Assembly: GCF_001194135.2 (NCBI RefSeq)
Contig: NC_068981.1
Span: forward strand, 138,782,070 to 138,822,420
Origin: Octopus bimaculoides
Lineage: Eukaryota
Direction of reading: 5' to 3'
Length of the DNA stretch: 40,351 nt
Notes under the pieces: model-generated
Databases searched by the model: none
The model's input: only the letters and a program-made list of their open reading frames with translations
What the model was told of the DNA's origin: nothing
Shown here: positions 1 through 12,144 of the stretch, in pieces
Position numbering within the stretch: the first letter of the stretch is position 1
Layout of the letters: each line of letters starts with the position of its first letter
Position numbers and translations under genes: made by a program

Positions 1-40
<40 letters not shown>
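1..40. repeat. (TA)n microsatellite, truncated by the window edge
   Basis: Pure TA run at the start of the sequence. Confidence 0.95.
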
Positions 41-44
<4 letters not shown>

Positions 45-920
45 TGCGTAGATGAATGGATGGATGCATACATGTATCTGATGATTCAAGCCGTCCTACA
101 CAATTCTACACCATATGATGTACTGAACCAAAAAACAAAAATCAGGGTACACACCATAGACATTTCTGAAATAACTTCGACGATAGGCCAGTTTGATCAG
201 AACTGATTGAGGCCAAATTGCAATAACCACAGCAGCACCAGAGCATACCTCGATTTCAGATATTTCTATTTATAATTTTTTTTTCCTTTTGTTTTTCTTT
301 TCAATTCTTCCATTATTTTCTAGGTTATATTTTAGTGCTTAATCGTTTGTTTGTGTAACATATATTTATGTGCAACACCTGCAGCTGAAATGCAGAATTC
401 TCAATTCTAAATTGAAAAAAATATCCGTGTATATGTGTATGTGTATGTATATATATATATGCATGTATGTATGTGTGTGTGTGTGGGGGGGAACATAGTC
501 GTAAGTATACGTCGGTATTCTTTGAATTAGCAGGAAACAGCTGCTTAGTACTCAATAATGACTTATACTGCTGATACGTACGGCTAACAACACAGGAAGA
601 ATTACGAGATAAAAGAATGAATAAAACGAACAGAGTCAAGATTACGAAATGGTATTGTTTGTGCTAAAGGACTGTTTAATTCAACGATGAATGTAACTCT
701 GTCAACTTCTTTTTTTCAATCGTTGATAAAGTTATTCCACTGACAGAGACTAAATAAGCCTCCGAGAATTTTCGACTTCTTCCGTGAATATTCGTCTTTT
801 TTTTGTTTTGTTTTTTTTGTTTTTTTACAGCGAATAATCTAATATATACTTGTATCTATCAGTAGGTACACAACAATGTGTCTATTTTGCGGATGTGAAG
901 ATACATAGTCAAATTTGATC

Positions 921-956
921 TACATACATGCATACATACATACATACATACATACA

Positions 957-985
<29 letters not shown>
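921..985. repeat. (TACA)n microsatellite
   Basis: Tandem tacatacataca run. Confidence 0.9.
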
Positions 986-988
<3 letters not shown>

Positions 989-1030
989 GACAGCCAGCCA
1001 GACAGACAGATGAATTACGCGAAAGATAAA

Positions 1031-1262
1031 TGGATGGATGGATGGACGGATATATGGTGGTTGTCTACTCCTTAAACAGAGTTTGACCACCTCCTGCACC
1101 TACACCTTAGCCCTTTCATGGCGTCTGATGTGGCTTTTTAAACCAGACAGTGTTTTGAAAAAAACACCCACACAGATTGCACCTCTGATTTGCACTACCA
1201 ATACCTGCAAGTAAGTTCTGCTCATTGTGGATCCTAACATGTCTTTTAAGACCCCCATTGGA
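1031..1262 (-). mobile_element. 5'-truncated LINE 3' end, probably RTE clade, with two C-terminal C2H2-like fingers
   Basis: The minus strand reads SNGGLKRHVRIH...CNLCGCFF, frameshifts at a poly-T, then KTLSGLKSHIRRHERAKV*. A short 3'UTR (ggtggtcaaactctgtttaaggagtagacaaccacc) and an ATCC-like tail follow. C-terminal CxxC...GLxSHxRxH fingers are typical of some RTE-clade ORFs; the clade call is inference. Confidence 0.6.
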
Positions 1263-1296
1263 TATATATATACATACATACATACATACATACCTA

Positions 1297-1514
1297 TCCT
1301 TTTCTCTTCTAATCCAGGCACAAGGCTTGAAATTTTGGGGGAGGGGCCAGTCGATTAGATCGACCCCAGTACGCAACTGGTACTTAATTTATCGACCCCG
1401 AAAGGATGCAAGACAAAGTCGACTTCAGCAGAATTTGAACTCAAAACGTAAAGCCAGACGAAATACTGCTAAGCATTTCGCCCGGCGTGCTAACGTTTTT
1501 GCCAGCTCGCCGCC
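1297..1514 (-). mobile_element. tRNA-derived SINE, family A (head ggcggcgagctggcagaa; central gcctttcatcctttcggggtcgataaa domain)
   Basis: The reverse complement matches many other copies in the window: A-box-like TGGCAGAA, B-box-like GAGTTCAAATT, tail ccttgtgcct...agaa. Confidence 0.9.
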
Positions 1515-1859
1515 TTACAATTCATATCGTTTACTGTTCGTCTGCTGATAGGTTCGGCAAATACATCACACAATACATATAAGAATTATTAGTATCTTAG
1601 ATGCAGTAAGTAATTTGCAAGGAGCTACGTAGGTTTCATGCCAAGAGAAAGTTAGATGTCGACATATTCCAGTAATCTTCAGGTTTACCCACAAGACGTT
1701 TTTTTCTTTTCTTTAAAAATAGAAAAAAATAAAAAACTTTATTTGAGAGTGAATATTTGTTTCGCTTGGAAGGGACGATAATATGCCCACAAATTATTTT
1801 TTCTTCTATTTGATGAAAACAATTTTTTCGATTTCAAAATGAACCAATTGTTGACGACA

Positions 1860-2457
1860 CAAGAGTCATGGAGCACATTTTAAAATACTGTGTTACTACG
1901 CTTTAGGAATGGTCACTTGTCGCTTGAAGTCCATCCTCGTTCAGGGTGACTGTCGACCTTTCGAACGAATGAAAACATCATGAAAATTCCTGAACTGATC
2001 TTGGAGAACCATCACCGAACAATTGACGAACTTTTTATATGACTGGTGTGTCTCGGAGCTCCTCCCAACGAATTTTGAGTGAGGAATTGCGAATGAAAAG
2101 AGTTGCAGCAAAATTTGTGCCTCACTTGCTCACGGAAGATCAAAAGCAGTCACGACTGAATGTGTGTCGTGGACTGAAAGAACAGTTGGAAGTTGATCCA
2201 GTCCTCTTTTCGAAGATCATCACTGGTGACGAAAGCTGGTACTACGGAATTTGCAGGTGTGGAAGAGGCGAAGAAAAAAATGACGGAGGCGTTAAAAGCA
2301 TACCACTTTGCAAGAATTTTAGGTCTGCTTCGAACAGTGGAAAACGAATCTGGGCCGATGCATTGCTTCAAATGGAGGCGATATAAGTATAAACATGAAA
2401 ACTAAGTGAATAAAATGATGTTGTAAATTCCGGTTTCTTTTTGGTATCCCATGTGTA
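1860..2457 (+). mobile_element. Mariner (Tc1/mariner) remnant with a large internal deletion
   Basis: Translates to SLEVHPRSG...RTIDEL...GVSRSSSQRILSEELRMKRVAAKFVPHLLT...IITGDESWYYG (WVPHEL-like motif and first catalytic D), then jumps to the C-terminal FAGVEEAKKKMTEALK...CFEQWK...CIASNG. The 3' TIR-like end aaattccggtttctttttggtatccc is followed by TA at 2456-2457. The 5' end is not resolved. Confidence 0.88.
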
Positions 2458-3937
2458 CGTTCGTATGTATGCATGAATATGTATGTATGCATGCATGCAT
2501 GCGTGTATGTATGTATATTAAACGTGACTTGTAAATAAACTAGTGAATTATTATTCCATGTCTGCATTAAATTTTTTCATTATTTTCCAAATGCTCCAAA
2601 TAAAATACTTTTTGGGAAATTTCTATTGTTATTTGTGAGTCTAGGAAACATTTCGAAATGCCTACAAGATTCACATTGAGAAAGTTAATGCAGTCTCACC
2701 CAAATGGTATGTATTCTTATTTTTCATATCACTCAGTTACATGTCTTTGCACTAAGCCGCCAAATTGCTTTCCCTTTTCTAACTCACCCTCCGGCCTTAC
2801 ATGCCTACACATGTAAACACTAAATAAATAATTTTCACAAGCGTTTTTTCCAATTAATACTTTGAGTGAATGTAAATGACATTTAATACATCTACTTCCA
2901 GTTACTAGTCATAATCTCCTGTCACCATATCTATTCTACAAGGCCAAGATCAGCAGGGTGTTAGATTTTCAACCGATTTTCGATGAATATCGAAGACTAT
3001 TTACAAGTTGAATTTACGAATTTGTATCTGAAGTCTAGACTGAAAATAACGGAAAGAATGCCATACTCGAAGCTCTATGGCAAGTTTCTTCTCTTTTTTT
3101 TGCGCCATTATTACGGTGTGTTGCTGTAGTTAATGGTACTTCATGCTGTTTTATCTCAGACCACATCTGTATAGCCAAGCAAGCAGTGATACTCTTCATT
3201 CTAATTTTCTTTAAAGATTAATGTTATTTTACATTAGTTTTTCTTCTTTTTTTTTAAATATAAGTAATGGAGAAGTAAACAAGAAGTTTTATTGCTGTTA
3301 AACTATTGCATACATGTACATTCTTTGACAGATTGGAAAACATCTGGGTTCTTTTTTTTTTCTTTTTATTCAGTGAAAACATAATAGTGCTGATGTTTCG
3401 TAGGCACCTGTAGTTACTATATTGCGTTTTAAAAAGGTATTATTCGTAAATCAGTCATGTCTGTTAGTTCGACCTCCAAAATATTTCTGGTGTTACCTGA
3501 AGCCAAAAAGCAGAATCTAATTAATGAGATGTCACAAGTTATTCAAGCTGCAGCAACCGACACACACCACTGGTCTGCACACCTGTGCTTTGGATCAGAT
3601 GTGGTTTTGCTGGGTGGTTACATTCAAATGAGCCTGGATTCTGACCTGAATTCTTGGTGACCAATCACCTTGATTAATGAGATTTAGTTGCTCTACTTCT
3701 TTCTCGGCTATTTACTGACGATAAGAGCCCTAATCTTCTAAAGATACTGACTTGTTTACGTCAGTATCGTTAAAGTTACATCTTGTTCTGATCTATTTAA
3801 ATGAAGCGGCCTCAAACAATATACCAAGACGTAATTGTACTAAATAATATAACAATTATTTTTGTTAAGAAATTCGCCAAAAATAGAATCGATAAAATTA
3901 TATGTATTAAAAAATAATGTATTACGAGCAAGCATAA

Positions 3938-4152
3938 GGTGGCGAGCTGACAGAACCGTTATCACGCCGGACAAAAGGCTTAGCGGTGTTTCGTCCGTTA
4001 TTATGTTCTGAGTTCAAATATTGCTGAGGTCGATTTTGCCTTCTATCCTTTCGGGGTCGACAAATAAGTACCAGTTGAGCACTGAGGTCGCTGTAATCGA
4101 CTTAACTCTCGCCCGAAATTGCTTGCCTAGTGCCAAAATTCAAAACCAATAT
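3938..4152 (+). mobile_element. SINE family A, full length, with TSD
   Basis: Head ggtggcgagctgacagaaccg, B box gagttcaaat and the central domain. Flanked by attacgagcaagcata / attaagagcaagcata. Confidence 0.9.
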
Positions 4153-4194
4153 TAAGAGCAAGCATACAGTATTCATAATAGTTCATGTATTTAA

Positions 4195-4382
4195 GGCGGC
4201 GAGCTGGCAGAAACGTTAGCATACCAGGCTAAATGCTTAGTGGTATTTCGTCTGTCTTTACGTTCTGAGTTCAAATTCCGCCGAGGTCGACTTTGCCTTT
4301 CATCCTTTCGGGGTCGATAAATTAAGTACTAGATGCGTATTGGGGTCGATCTAATCGACTGGCCTCCTCCCTCAAAATTTCA
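4195..4382 (+). mobile_element. SINE family A, 3'-truncated
   Basis: ggcggcgagctggcagaaacgttagc...gagttcaaattccgccgaggtcgactttgcctttcatcctttcggggtcgataaa, near consensus. Confidence 0.92.
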
Positions 4383-4759
4383 GTGGTGACTGTTGATATT
4401 ACAATAAAGTTAGCAAGATTTTTCGTAGTCATCCACACAAATCCTATAACCTCTTCAATTCACAAAACATTAATGTCAGTTATTCGTACATAGACAATAT
4501 AGCATCTTCGATCAAACACTATCATTGCAAATCTCCCAACCTCTCCTCTAACACACACACAGTCATTATTTAAAGTATGATGCAATATGTAACAAGGATG
4601 GATCTTCGAATTACAGTTACAATCCATCTGATGACTTCCAAACTAATTCCGTTAACCCAGTTTCACTCACATAACTTACCGAAATGTCACGAAGTAGGAT
4701 AGAACCTGAGACCAGGCGAAATAGAATCGAATCTGAGATTAGCAAATCGTTTTAAGGTT

Positions 4760-5095
4760 CACCTATGTTGTATCTCATTGGTTAAAAAGTTCACTTCAGA
4801 GTTTTGAAATTCCACGGTTTGGCATCTTGGGTTATTGTCTTATACCATTAGTACCGGTTGATTTGGCTGTTGAGCTAAAATGGGTAGAGAGAATCCCTTT
4901 GGGTGGATTGCAGTTGTAATACAAAGGTAAGGCCTTCCTACACACTGTATCATAGTGATTCTGCCCGAAGATTACGTTAAACGTACAGATGGTTGTAGAA
5001 TACTCAACCACTTACACGCTGATACAATAAATAAGTAGTTCGGTCGTTCGAATCACTGGATACTCGTAGTCGAAAACCGACGGAGTTTCATACAC
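4760..5095 (+). mobile_element. Degenerate composite SINE (CORE-like head plus the 'ctacgttaagggtacacgtgtctgtgg' module and tail)
   Basis: 4925-5015 aligns by eye to the module in the SINE at 25756-26138. 5035-5093 (accgacggagtttcataca) matches that element's tail. Confidence 0.6.
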
Positions 5096-5184
5096 TTTAT
5101 GTATGTGGTGGTGAATCTGCGTCGTTCCACAATGAAGATTCAGGTGTTTTATCAACTGAATTACTTGATCCCGAGTCAAGGTGT

Positions 5185-5447
5185 AATAGGCTGAGCTTTT
5201 CACAGACACGTGGTGTACCTTTAACGTAACTTTCAGGCAGAATCAACATATCAAAGCATGACAAAGCAGTACTTTTGAAATTATTCGATGGGCTTCTTTA
5301 CAGTTACCGTCTACATAATTTCATTTTTAAAGTATAAGTCGACACGAAACTATAGAAAATGATATTTATCCAAGATGTCACGCAGTAGAAGCTAATTCTA
5401 GGCCTTACGCTAGCAAAGCAAAATTCTCAACCATTTAGCCATACTGC
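5185..5447 (-). mobile_element. Degenerate composite SINE, inverted relative to 4760-5095
   Basis: Reverse complement: head gcgcagtatggctaaatggttgagaa..., CORE-like gcgtgacatcttggataaat, gtagacggtaactgtaaagaagccc, then the module gttacgttaaaggtacaccacgtgtctgtg. Confidence 0.6.
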
Positions 5448-6539
5448 GCTTACATATGTATGTATATATACTATAAAACACGTTTTCTTATGCCTTTACA
5501 TATCGGCTAAGAGAAACGGATGTAGATTTTTAAAAAAAACAATTGCATTGGTCTTGAATTAAATATTAAATTAGCATAAGAAAGGTATATTTGATCGAGT
5601 TTAGTTAAGCATATCGTATTCACCACGCTCTAAGTTGATGAACAAATTACTGTATTGGTAAGCAAACAGCTTGGGTGTAAACAAAGACTGTCAGACCAGG
5701 CAATGCGAGTACGTAATAAATGGTACACATATCTATAATTGAGTGACTGAAATGAAGTTCCTGTACATACTGCTAACGTAGTAAAGTCAATATGAGTAAA
5801 AAAAAACACTGCCACAAATAAACGTGAGAAAGAAAGAAATAATGCAGGATCTAGAATCGTTATTGTGTTGCTTACACAATCAAAGCAATGCTTGGTTAGT
5901 GTGAGCTCGTGTAACTGTGTATGTATGTCTGAGAGAACAGATTTTATATCATTAACACCTTGCTCAGTAAAACATCTGTTACTTATTATCTGCTTCTTAT
6001 AATGTGTAATTAACATTTGCATATTTAACATGGTTTTTATCGTTTTTCTCAGCAAAATGTCTATAGCTGGAATATTGTAATTATTTTCTCTGCTTTTATC
6101 GATTAGATTTTGTTTGTTTTCGTTAAAGATGTTGTTTGCAAACTATTTCAAACTGTTCTGAAGAGAAATACAATATTTCTTCACACATGTCTTACTGAAA
6201 TCATAAGAATTAGAATCGCAGCCTTTGAAATCTCAGATGAGTTTTAAGGTCAACTAATAAATAGAAAAGAGTAAAATATTGATTAATGATGTGAAATAAT
6301 GATAAGGAAGGTTAACTGGTGATTAATAAGCGAGATAATGGAAGAGGGGGAGAGATGCTACAGCATTAAACAAGTTGTTTTATAGTACTTAGTTCAGCTC
6401 CTTTATAATTCATGTTCAAATCTCACCAGTGTTAATAATGCCTTTCCTCATACTAGGTTGATAAATGGAGTATATGGTATGTATCAGACGTGATACTTTG
6501 CTCCTATGGGACACATTAGTTATTTGGTTAAAAATTTTG

Positions 6540-6680
6540 ATACAAGTCCAACAAAATCAGGAGAGGTGGGGTAGATCGATTACATTGACCCCCATTGTTG
6601 AAATGGAACTTTATTTTATTGACCCCGAAAAGATGAAATGCAAACTCGACCCTGGGGGCATTCGAACTCAAAACGTAAAG
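6540..6680 (-). mobile_element. SINE family A fragment, degenerate
   Basis: gaccccgaaaagatgaaatgcaaactcgaccctgggggcattcgaactcaaaacgtaaag is the reverse complement of the B box and central domain. Confidence 0.75.
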
Positions 6681-7559
6681 TGGTAATTTGAAAGAATGAT
6701 TTGGGCGCTGAATTTACCGGTCATCAAGCAGTCGGCCGTGAGGCTGACAAGGACTGTTCTATAGCTAGAATTGTAATATATCTATTGTCGAAACTCTTGA
6801 TTCTCAACGACCCATCTAATTAAAAATATAATTAGTTAAACTACCATAACATTGAGAACTGATTTTATACAAGATAATTTCCACCCTCTAGGAAAACTAC
6901 TGGCGACAGACTGGCGATCTACCCAAAGATTGTTTCGTTCGTCTCTCAAATACCGAACTCCTCATAAACAGGAGAGAATTTGCAACACCGAGATTTGATG
7001 ATGTATTTACTTAATTCCTTTGAGAACAAATTTGCTACATCATCATATTTCCGTTAGATTAACTTTCCACATATAACAATCCGGATTAGAGTAAAGATAA
7101 TAACTTTTAAATCATATTTTCTTGTCCCATTTTAGTTACTGAGCTTAACTTAGCTATCTTAAACTGAGATAATTACACAAAATTATGTCAAATCATAAAT
7201 TTGCGGTGAAACTATCAAACTATCAGATCTTATTTGTGTTATTTGGCTGGTTGAGCGTTTATTTCACATAGTCGGTTGTATTAGCAAGATTCTTCGGGCT
7301 GGTGACTGTGTGAGATATACGCTCAGCCAGCAGCATGTCTGTGGATTTTCTGTGGATAGGGTCATGGTATTCTGAGCAACAGAATGTTGTAAGCTAGAAC
7401 TATGACCCACTTTATTAAATATTACTTTATCTTAAGCATTGTGTTCTTTTTTACTTTATTCATACAATTATTGTGCATGTAATAAACCTTGAAAACACAT
7501 TACTACATAAGTATTGCTTCTAATTGTCGATCAGAATGAGTGAAGGCAAAATAATTTGA

Positions 7560-9320
7560 ATATGGAAATACATACGTTTCCATTTTCGATGAATACTCAT
7601 ACATCATCAAATATAAACTACATGAAGTTGAGAATAAGTAAACTGGAAGGCATCATAATAATTAGTTACTATGATGTTCATTTTAGTGAGAACAACCATG
7701 TGATCGCACTGAAAGATAGATTCGGAATAAAAAGAAAACTCTCACGGATTAAAGAGAACTTTGAAGCTGAAATCTTCAAGATTTCTAGCACAGTGAGATT
7801 TTAAAATGCATATTAATTTCCAAAGGAAAACTGAAAACAAAATCTACACATTTTTAGATGAGACTGCAAAATTGCAAGCTCTTTATGAATAGTGTCATCC
7901 AAAACCTACCCAAACAACTATAACGTTAACTATAAAACAAATATAGTCACGGGACCTAAGTCAGATACGAGCGCGGAGTATTTAGCCAAGGGAAAAACCT
8001 ATATAATTATAATCATTATATGAGAATTTCACAACAAAACCAAGTACAGGTTAGAAAGTTTGCTAATAGTGAGACAGTTAGCAAACACATGAGAGACAAT
8101 CTTAATGATAAACTTAGAAATACTACCAGATATAATTGTATTAGGGTAGTGATATCTGCATTTTTCACTTGATTCAATACAATCAAACGTTAAGCACCAA
8201 TTTCGAAAATTCTTCGCTCCTGAGTCTTGAAATTTTGGATTAACACACGATAATTATAAAGGTGATGTCAGTATAATCATACACGTCAATAATTGCTGCT
8301 CTTCGACAGAAGTGAGACATTAAAAATCTACTTGATGTTTCAATGGGATAGTTTAAATTTTTCAAATTGAATTTAAATATTGATTTAACACATTTCACAT
8401 AATGCTGTACAAATATTATGCTCTGGCTATTTCAAGCAACATAAACGAAGAAAAATTAGACAAAATAAGGAAAAAACAAATTAGTAATTTTAAAGAGTGA
8501 GGACTCAATATTCTAATGACTACAGCTGTAATAACAGTTAACTTCATAGACGTTAAATCTTAGGTCTCAACACATGTAAACACAGGCAATACAGAAAACA
8601 ACTAAAAGCACATTTACATTGACAAAAATTACTCATCTCACTGCCGTTAACTAATAAACCTTTTCACTAATATTAGTACTATGAACATTATAATTTCAAA
8701 TAAAATAACATTTGATATAACCATTAAGTATTATAGCAAAGCATGGAAAAATAGTAGAAGTTAAAAAGAAAATTAAATTTAACTCAAAACCTGAACATAA
8801 TGAACGTAGCTATAAACCTTCATCTAATGAAACAAAACCCAGAAAAAACTAGCAGTAATGTAATCTGATTCAACTTGCTGTACAACCTTGATGTAAAGTT
8901 CAATGCTGCGACGAATTTCTTAGACTTGATTCAGAAGCATTTTCCTTCAAGACATAAATATTACAAATTATTTGACCGGAAAACACAGTGAAAGACAAAC
9001 GGAGCTTCATCGCATTCGTAGGTGCCCTAATCACTTAATAAGCTCAAGAACCCAGAAATAAAAAAGTTATATCCTTTTGGTAATTTCTGCAAAGTGGAAT
9101 CCCTAATTTTTCATGCACTTAAGAGCCTAAATAAAATCTCAAAATGTTGGGTGCACCTCCAAAGGAGGATAAGTAAATAATAAGTCCATCTTTATACACA
9201 TAGACAAAGGAAACACTACATCATAATCAACCTATATATGGTGTCTGAAATGTAAACTTTAATATCATCTTATATATGCTCAACTTGTGTATGCAGAAAA
9301 CCACTTATTCCCTTGGTTGG
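7560..9320 (+). mobile_element. Heavily decayed Penelope-like element (RT + GIY-YIG remnants)
   Basis: Recognisable fragments across many stops and shifts: LKDRFGIKRK..FEAEIFKI (N-terminal); DVSMG; TVNFIDV; YNLDVK...NFLDLIQKHFPSRHKYYKLFDRK (equivalent to Penelope WFNPPY...FLxLIDKHFP); GNFCKVESLIFHA; KSIFIHIDKGNTTS*STYIWCLK (GIY-YIG region). Confidence 0.72.
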
Positions 9321-10086
9321 ATTTAGCAATGTCCACTCGACTGCAAGCATTCAGAGCAGGTCTTAGGTTTGTCAACAACAAATGAATCGTTGCCTGAATC
9401 TTAATTTTAATCCCAGAAGTCACCGAATCCTTGCTAAAAAAGAAAAAAACGTCACGGGCACCAGTTTTCTTTTTCCAACTAAGCCATAAAGAATAAATAT
9501 GAATCGCTTTTATAGACCTACAGCAATCAATGTGAACCTCATCAAATACACCTGTGAATTACAATATGAAACCAAAGCCGTCATTGATGTTCCAACGAGC
9601 CATTTAGTTTTATATATTTGTAGCGTTAATTCCAGTCTAACCAATTATTGGATTCAGATAAATCAGTTAATTCTGTCGGGAAAAATCTACTGGGAGTTTC
9701 TGAGTATCATTTACACCCACCAGAAACCTAACTGTAAAATAATCCAAATAGTGAAAGTGAATATAGAATTCTAATTGAGAATATATGCATGTATGTATGT
9801 ATGTATGTATGTGTGTATGTTGATATATATATATATCTTATTTGCACATTAATTCGCGCTCAATATTTTTTTATCTTTACTCTTTTCTTCATTAATTCTC
9901 ATCTTATTCATCGTTCACGCTGCGACACAGGCACATGTATAGTGATTTAAATATACATCTTCCAATCATATGCATACAAGCACAAATTCTCTCTCTACCT
10001 GTCTCTTACACGTTCATATACGTCATATTATATTATATCATATCATATTATATTATATTATATTATATCATATATCATATTAATAT

Positions 10087-10299
10087 TCTTTTCTACTCCA
10101 GGCACAAGGCCTGAAATTTTGGGGGAGGGGGCCAGTCTATTAGATCGAACCCAGTAGACAACTGGCACTTAATTCATCGACCTCGAAAGGATGTAAGGCA
10201 AAGTCGACCTCGGCGGAATTTGAATTCAGAACGTAAAGACAGACGAAATACCACAAAGCATTTCGCTCGGTGTGCTAACGTTTCTGCCAGCTCGCCGCC
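10087..10299 (-). mobile_element. SINE family A, full length
   Basis: Near-consensus reverse complement, flanked by tattaatatt repeats. Confidence 0.92.
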
Positions 10300-10317
10300 T
10301 TAATATTAATATTTAAT

Positions 10318-10545
10318 TATTTATTGCCCACAGGGGGCTAAACATAGAGGGGACAAACAGGGACAGACAAAAGGACTAAATCGATTGCATCGACCCCAGT
10401 GCGTAACTGGTACTTATTTCATTGACCCTGAGAAGGATGAAAGGCAAAGTCAACTTCGGCAGAATTTGAACTCAGAACGTAGCGGCAGACGAAATACCGC
10501 TAAGCATTTCGTCCGGCGTGCTAACGATTCTGCCAGCTCACCGTT
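10318..10545 (-). mobile_element. SINE with family A head and central domain but a different 3' tail (ccctctatgtttagccccctgtgggcaataa)
   Basis: Architecture is identical to family A up to ggggtcgatgcaatcgatt, then the tail is unrelated. Flanked by taatattaatatt. Confidence 0.88.
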
Positions 10546-10871
10546 TTAATATTAATATTAATATTATTCGGGAAAAGATTTTGCAAAAGGATCGACGAAA
10601 AGAGAAGAATTCAAATTTCAGGCTCATAATATGTAAATATATCAAAATAGCTTATCTGAAATGGCCCGTGCAAACATAAATCACACCTACATACTCCATG
10701 TATCCATGTTTATAGCGAAAATATAAAATTGTACATAAGCAATGTATAAAACACATAAAATCTGCATAAAATTGTACATAAATACACCTCGCCTTCACTA
10801 ACAGGTGTAAGACCGACCTGTATGCGAGCGTTATTTTTTAAAACACACTGGCATTAACCAGAATCTAATTT

Positions 10872-11090
10872 TTTTCATTTATCATTTACTTGTTTCAGTC
10901 AAACTGTGGTCATGCTGGGGCACTGCTTTTAAAGAATTTTAGTCGAATGAACTGACCTCAGTACTTATTTTCATTTTAAGTCTGATATTTATTCTGTCGG
11001 TTCTTTTACTCGAACCGCTATGTCACGGAGACTTAAGCACATCAGCACTGGTTGTTAAGCGATGGCGTAGGACAAACATAGACATAAACA
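10872..11090 (-). mobile_element. 3' half of a CORE-type SINE (…cggttcgagtaaaagaaccgacagaataa…ccagcatgaccacagtttgactgaaacaagtaaa)
   Basis: Homologous to 25495-25735 (same strand) and 31215-31345 (opposite strand). Adjoins a (CA)n/(TACA)n array. Confidence 0.75.
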
Positions 11091-11200
11091 CACACACACA
11101 CACACACACGCACACACACATACAGACACATACACATACACACATACATACATACATACATACATACATACATACATACATACATACATACATACATACA

Positions 11201-12128
11201 TGAGATGCAGGAAAAGCAGTAAAATATGACAACCGATGCAAACTTTGTGGAGTGAATACCGAAGATATCACCCATATCATAGGCAGTTGTCCAAAAATGT
11301 CATGACGGCTATTATCTACCGATGACACATGATTTTGTATCCAGGACATTGTATTACGAGATCTGTCGAAAAGATAACCCCGAGGACAAAGAAAAAAGAA
11401 CCCACAGTACGGTAGAAACCATAGCCACTCATAATAAAAAGGAATACTGGTGGAATATCCCAGTGAAAACCTCAATTAAATGCAACAATAGACCTGATAT
11501 AATGATTTGGGATAGAGTAGAGAAACTGTGTACAGATGTTAGCATAAAGCTGAAGATCAATTAAAAAGAGAACACCTATGCTGAACTATAGAGAAATCTG
11601 AAGTTACTCTATCCAGATTGCAAATTCAGGTTTATACCTGTCATTATTGGGTCACTGGAATAGGTAGCACACTGCTTAAATAGCAATCTTGAGAAATTTG
11701 GCTTCTCAAAACCAGAAAGGAGAAAGCTGATTCGAAGGCTACGGATCCAATCCATCACTGGAACTGTTAAAAATCTATAAAACTTTCCAGAGGTTTATCA
11801 TTTAAGTATATATGAGCATGTCTAGATAGGCAACTATATGCATGAGAATACATACATAAAACAAATTATACAAATTTGCACTTATAAATACATACATACT
11901 TACATACATACACACATACATGCATGCATGCATGCATGCACGCACGCACACACACACACACACACACACACATACATACATACATACATACATACATACA
12001 TACATACATACATACAAAAATACCCTGTTGTTGATGTTGAAATTCCAATGAAGGACCCTTGGATCTAGGTTAGAAACCGGTTCTTTCTCTATTGGCAAGA
12101 AATCTTGAAATAAAACAGAATAATAATA
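11201..12128 (+). mobile_element. 5'-truncated R2-superfamily non-LTR retrotransposon (R4/Dong-like): CCHC knuckle, REL endonuclease and 3'UTR
   Basis: CKLCGVNTEDITHIIGSC is C-x2-C-x8-H-x4-C. It is followed by YYLPMTHDFV (RHD-like), EYWWNIPVKTSIKCNNRPDIMIWDR (PD motif), KENTYAEL, FIPVIIG and LEKFGFSKPERRKLIRRL..SITGTVK. Stops and frameshifts are present. The 3'UTR contains an internal TACA/CA array and ends ...aatcttgaaataaaacagaataata before (TACA)n. Confidence 0.85.
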
Positions 12129-12144
12129 TACATACATACATACA

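Noticed and set aside
1100-1376. Host C2H2 zinc-finger gene
   Set aside because: Frameshifted, 5'-truncated at a microsatellite, no TGEKP linkers, and followed by a LINE-like 3'UTR and tail.
3457-3660. 67-aa ORF as a host exon
   Set aside because: No recognisable domain and no convincing splice sites; the adjacent sequence resembles decayed repeat.
3715-3768. CTGACGA followed by a 9-bp hairpin gatactgac/gtcagtatc
   Set aside because: The GAAA box is missing, and a single short stem is not significant.
5630-6055. 141-aa minus-strand ORF
   Set aside because: No recognisable motif, and the composition is that of AT-rich non-coding DNA. A homology search would be needed to rescue it.
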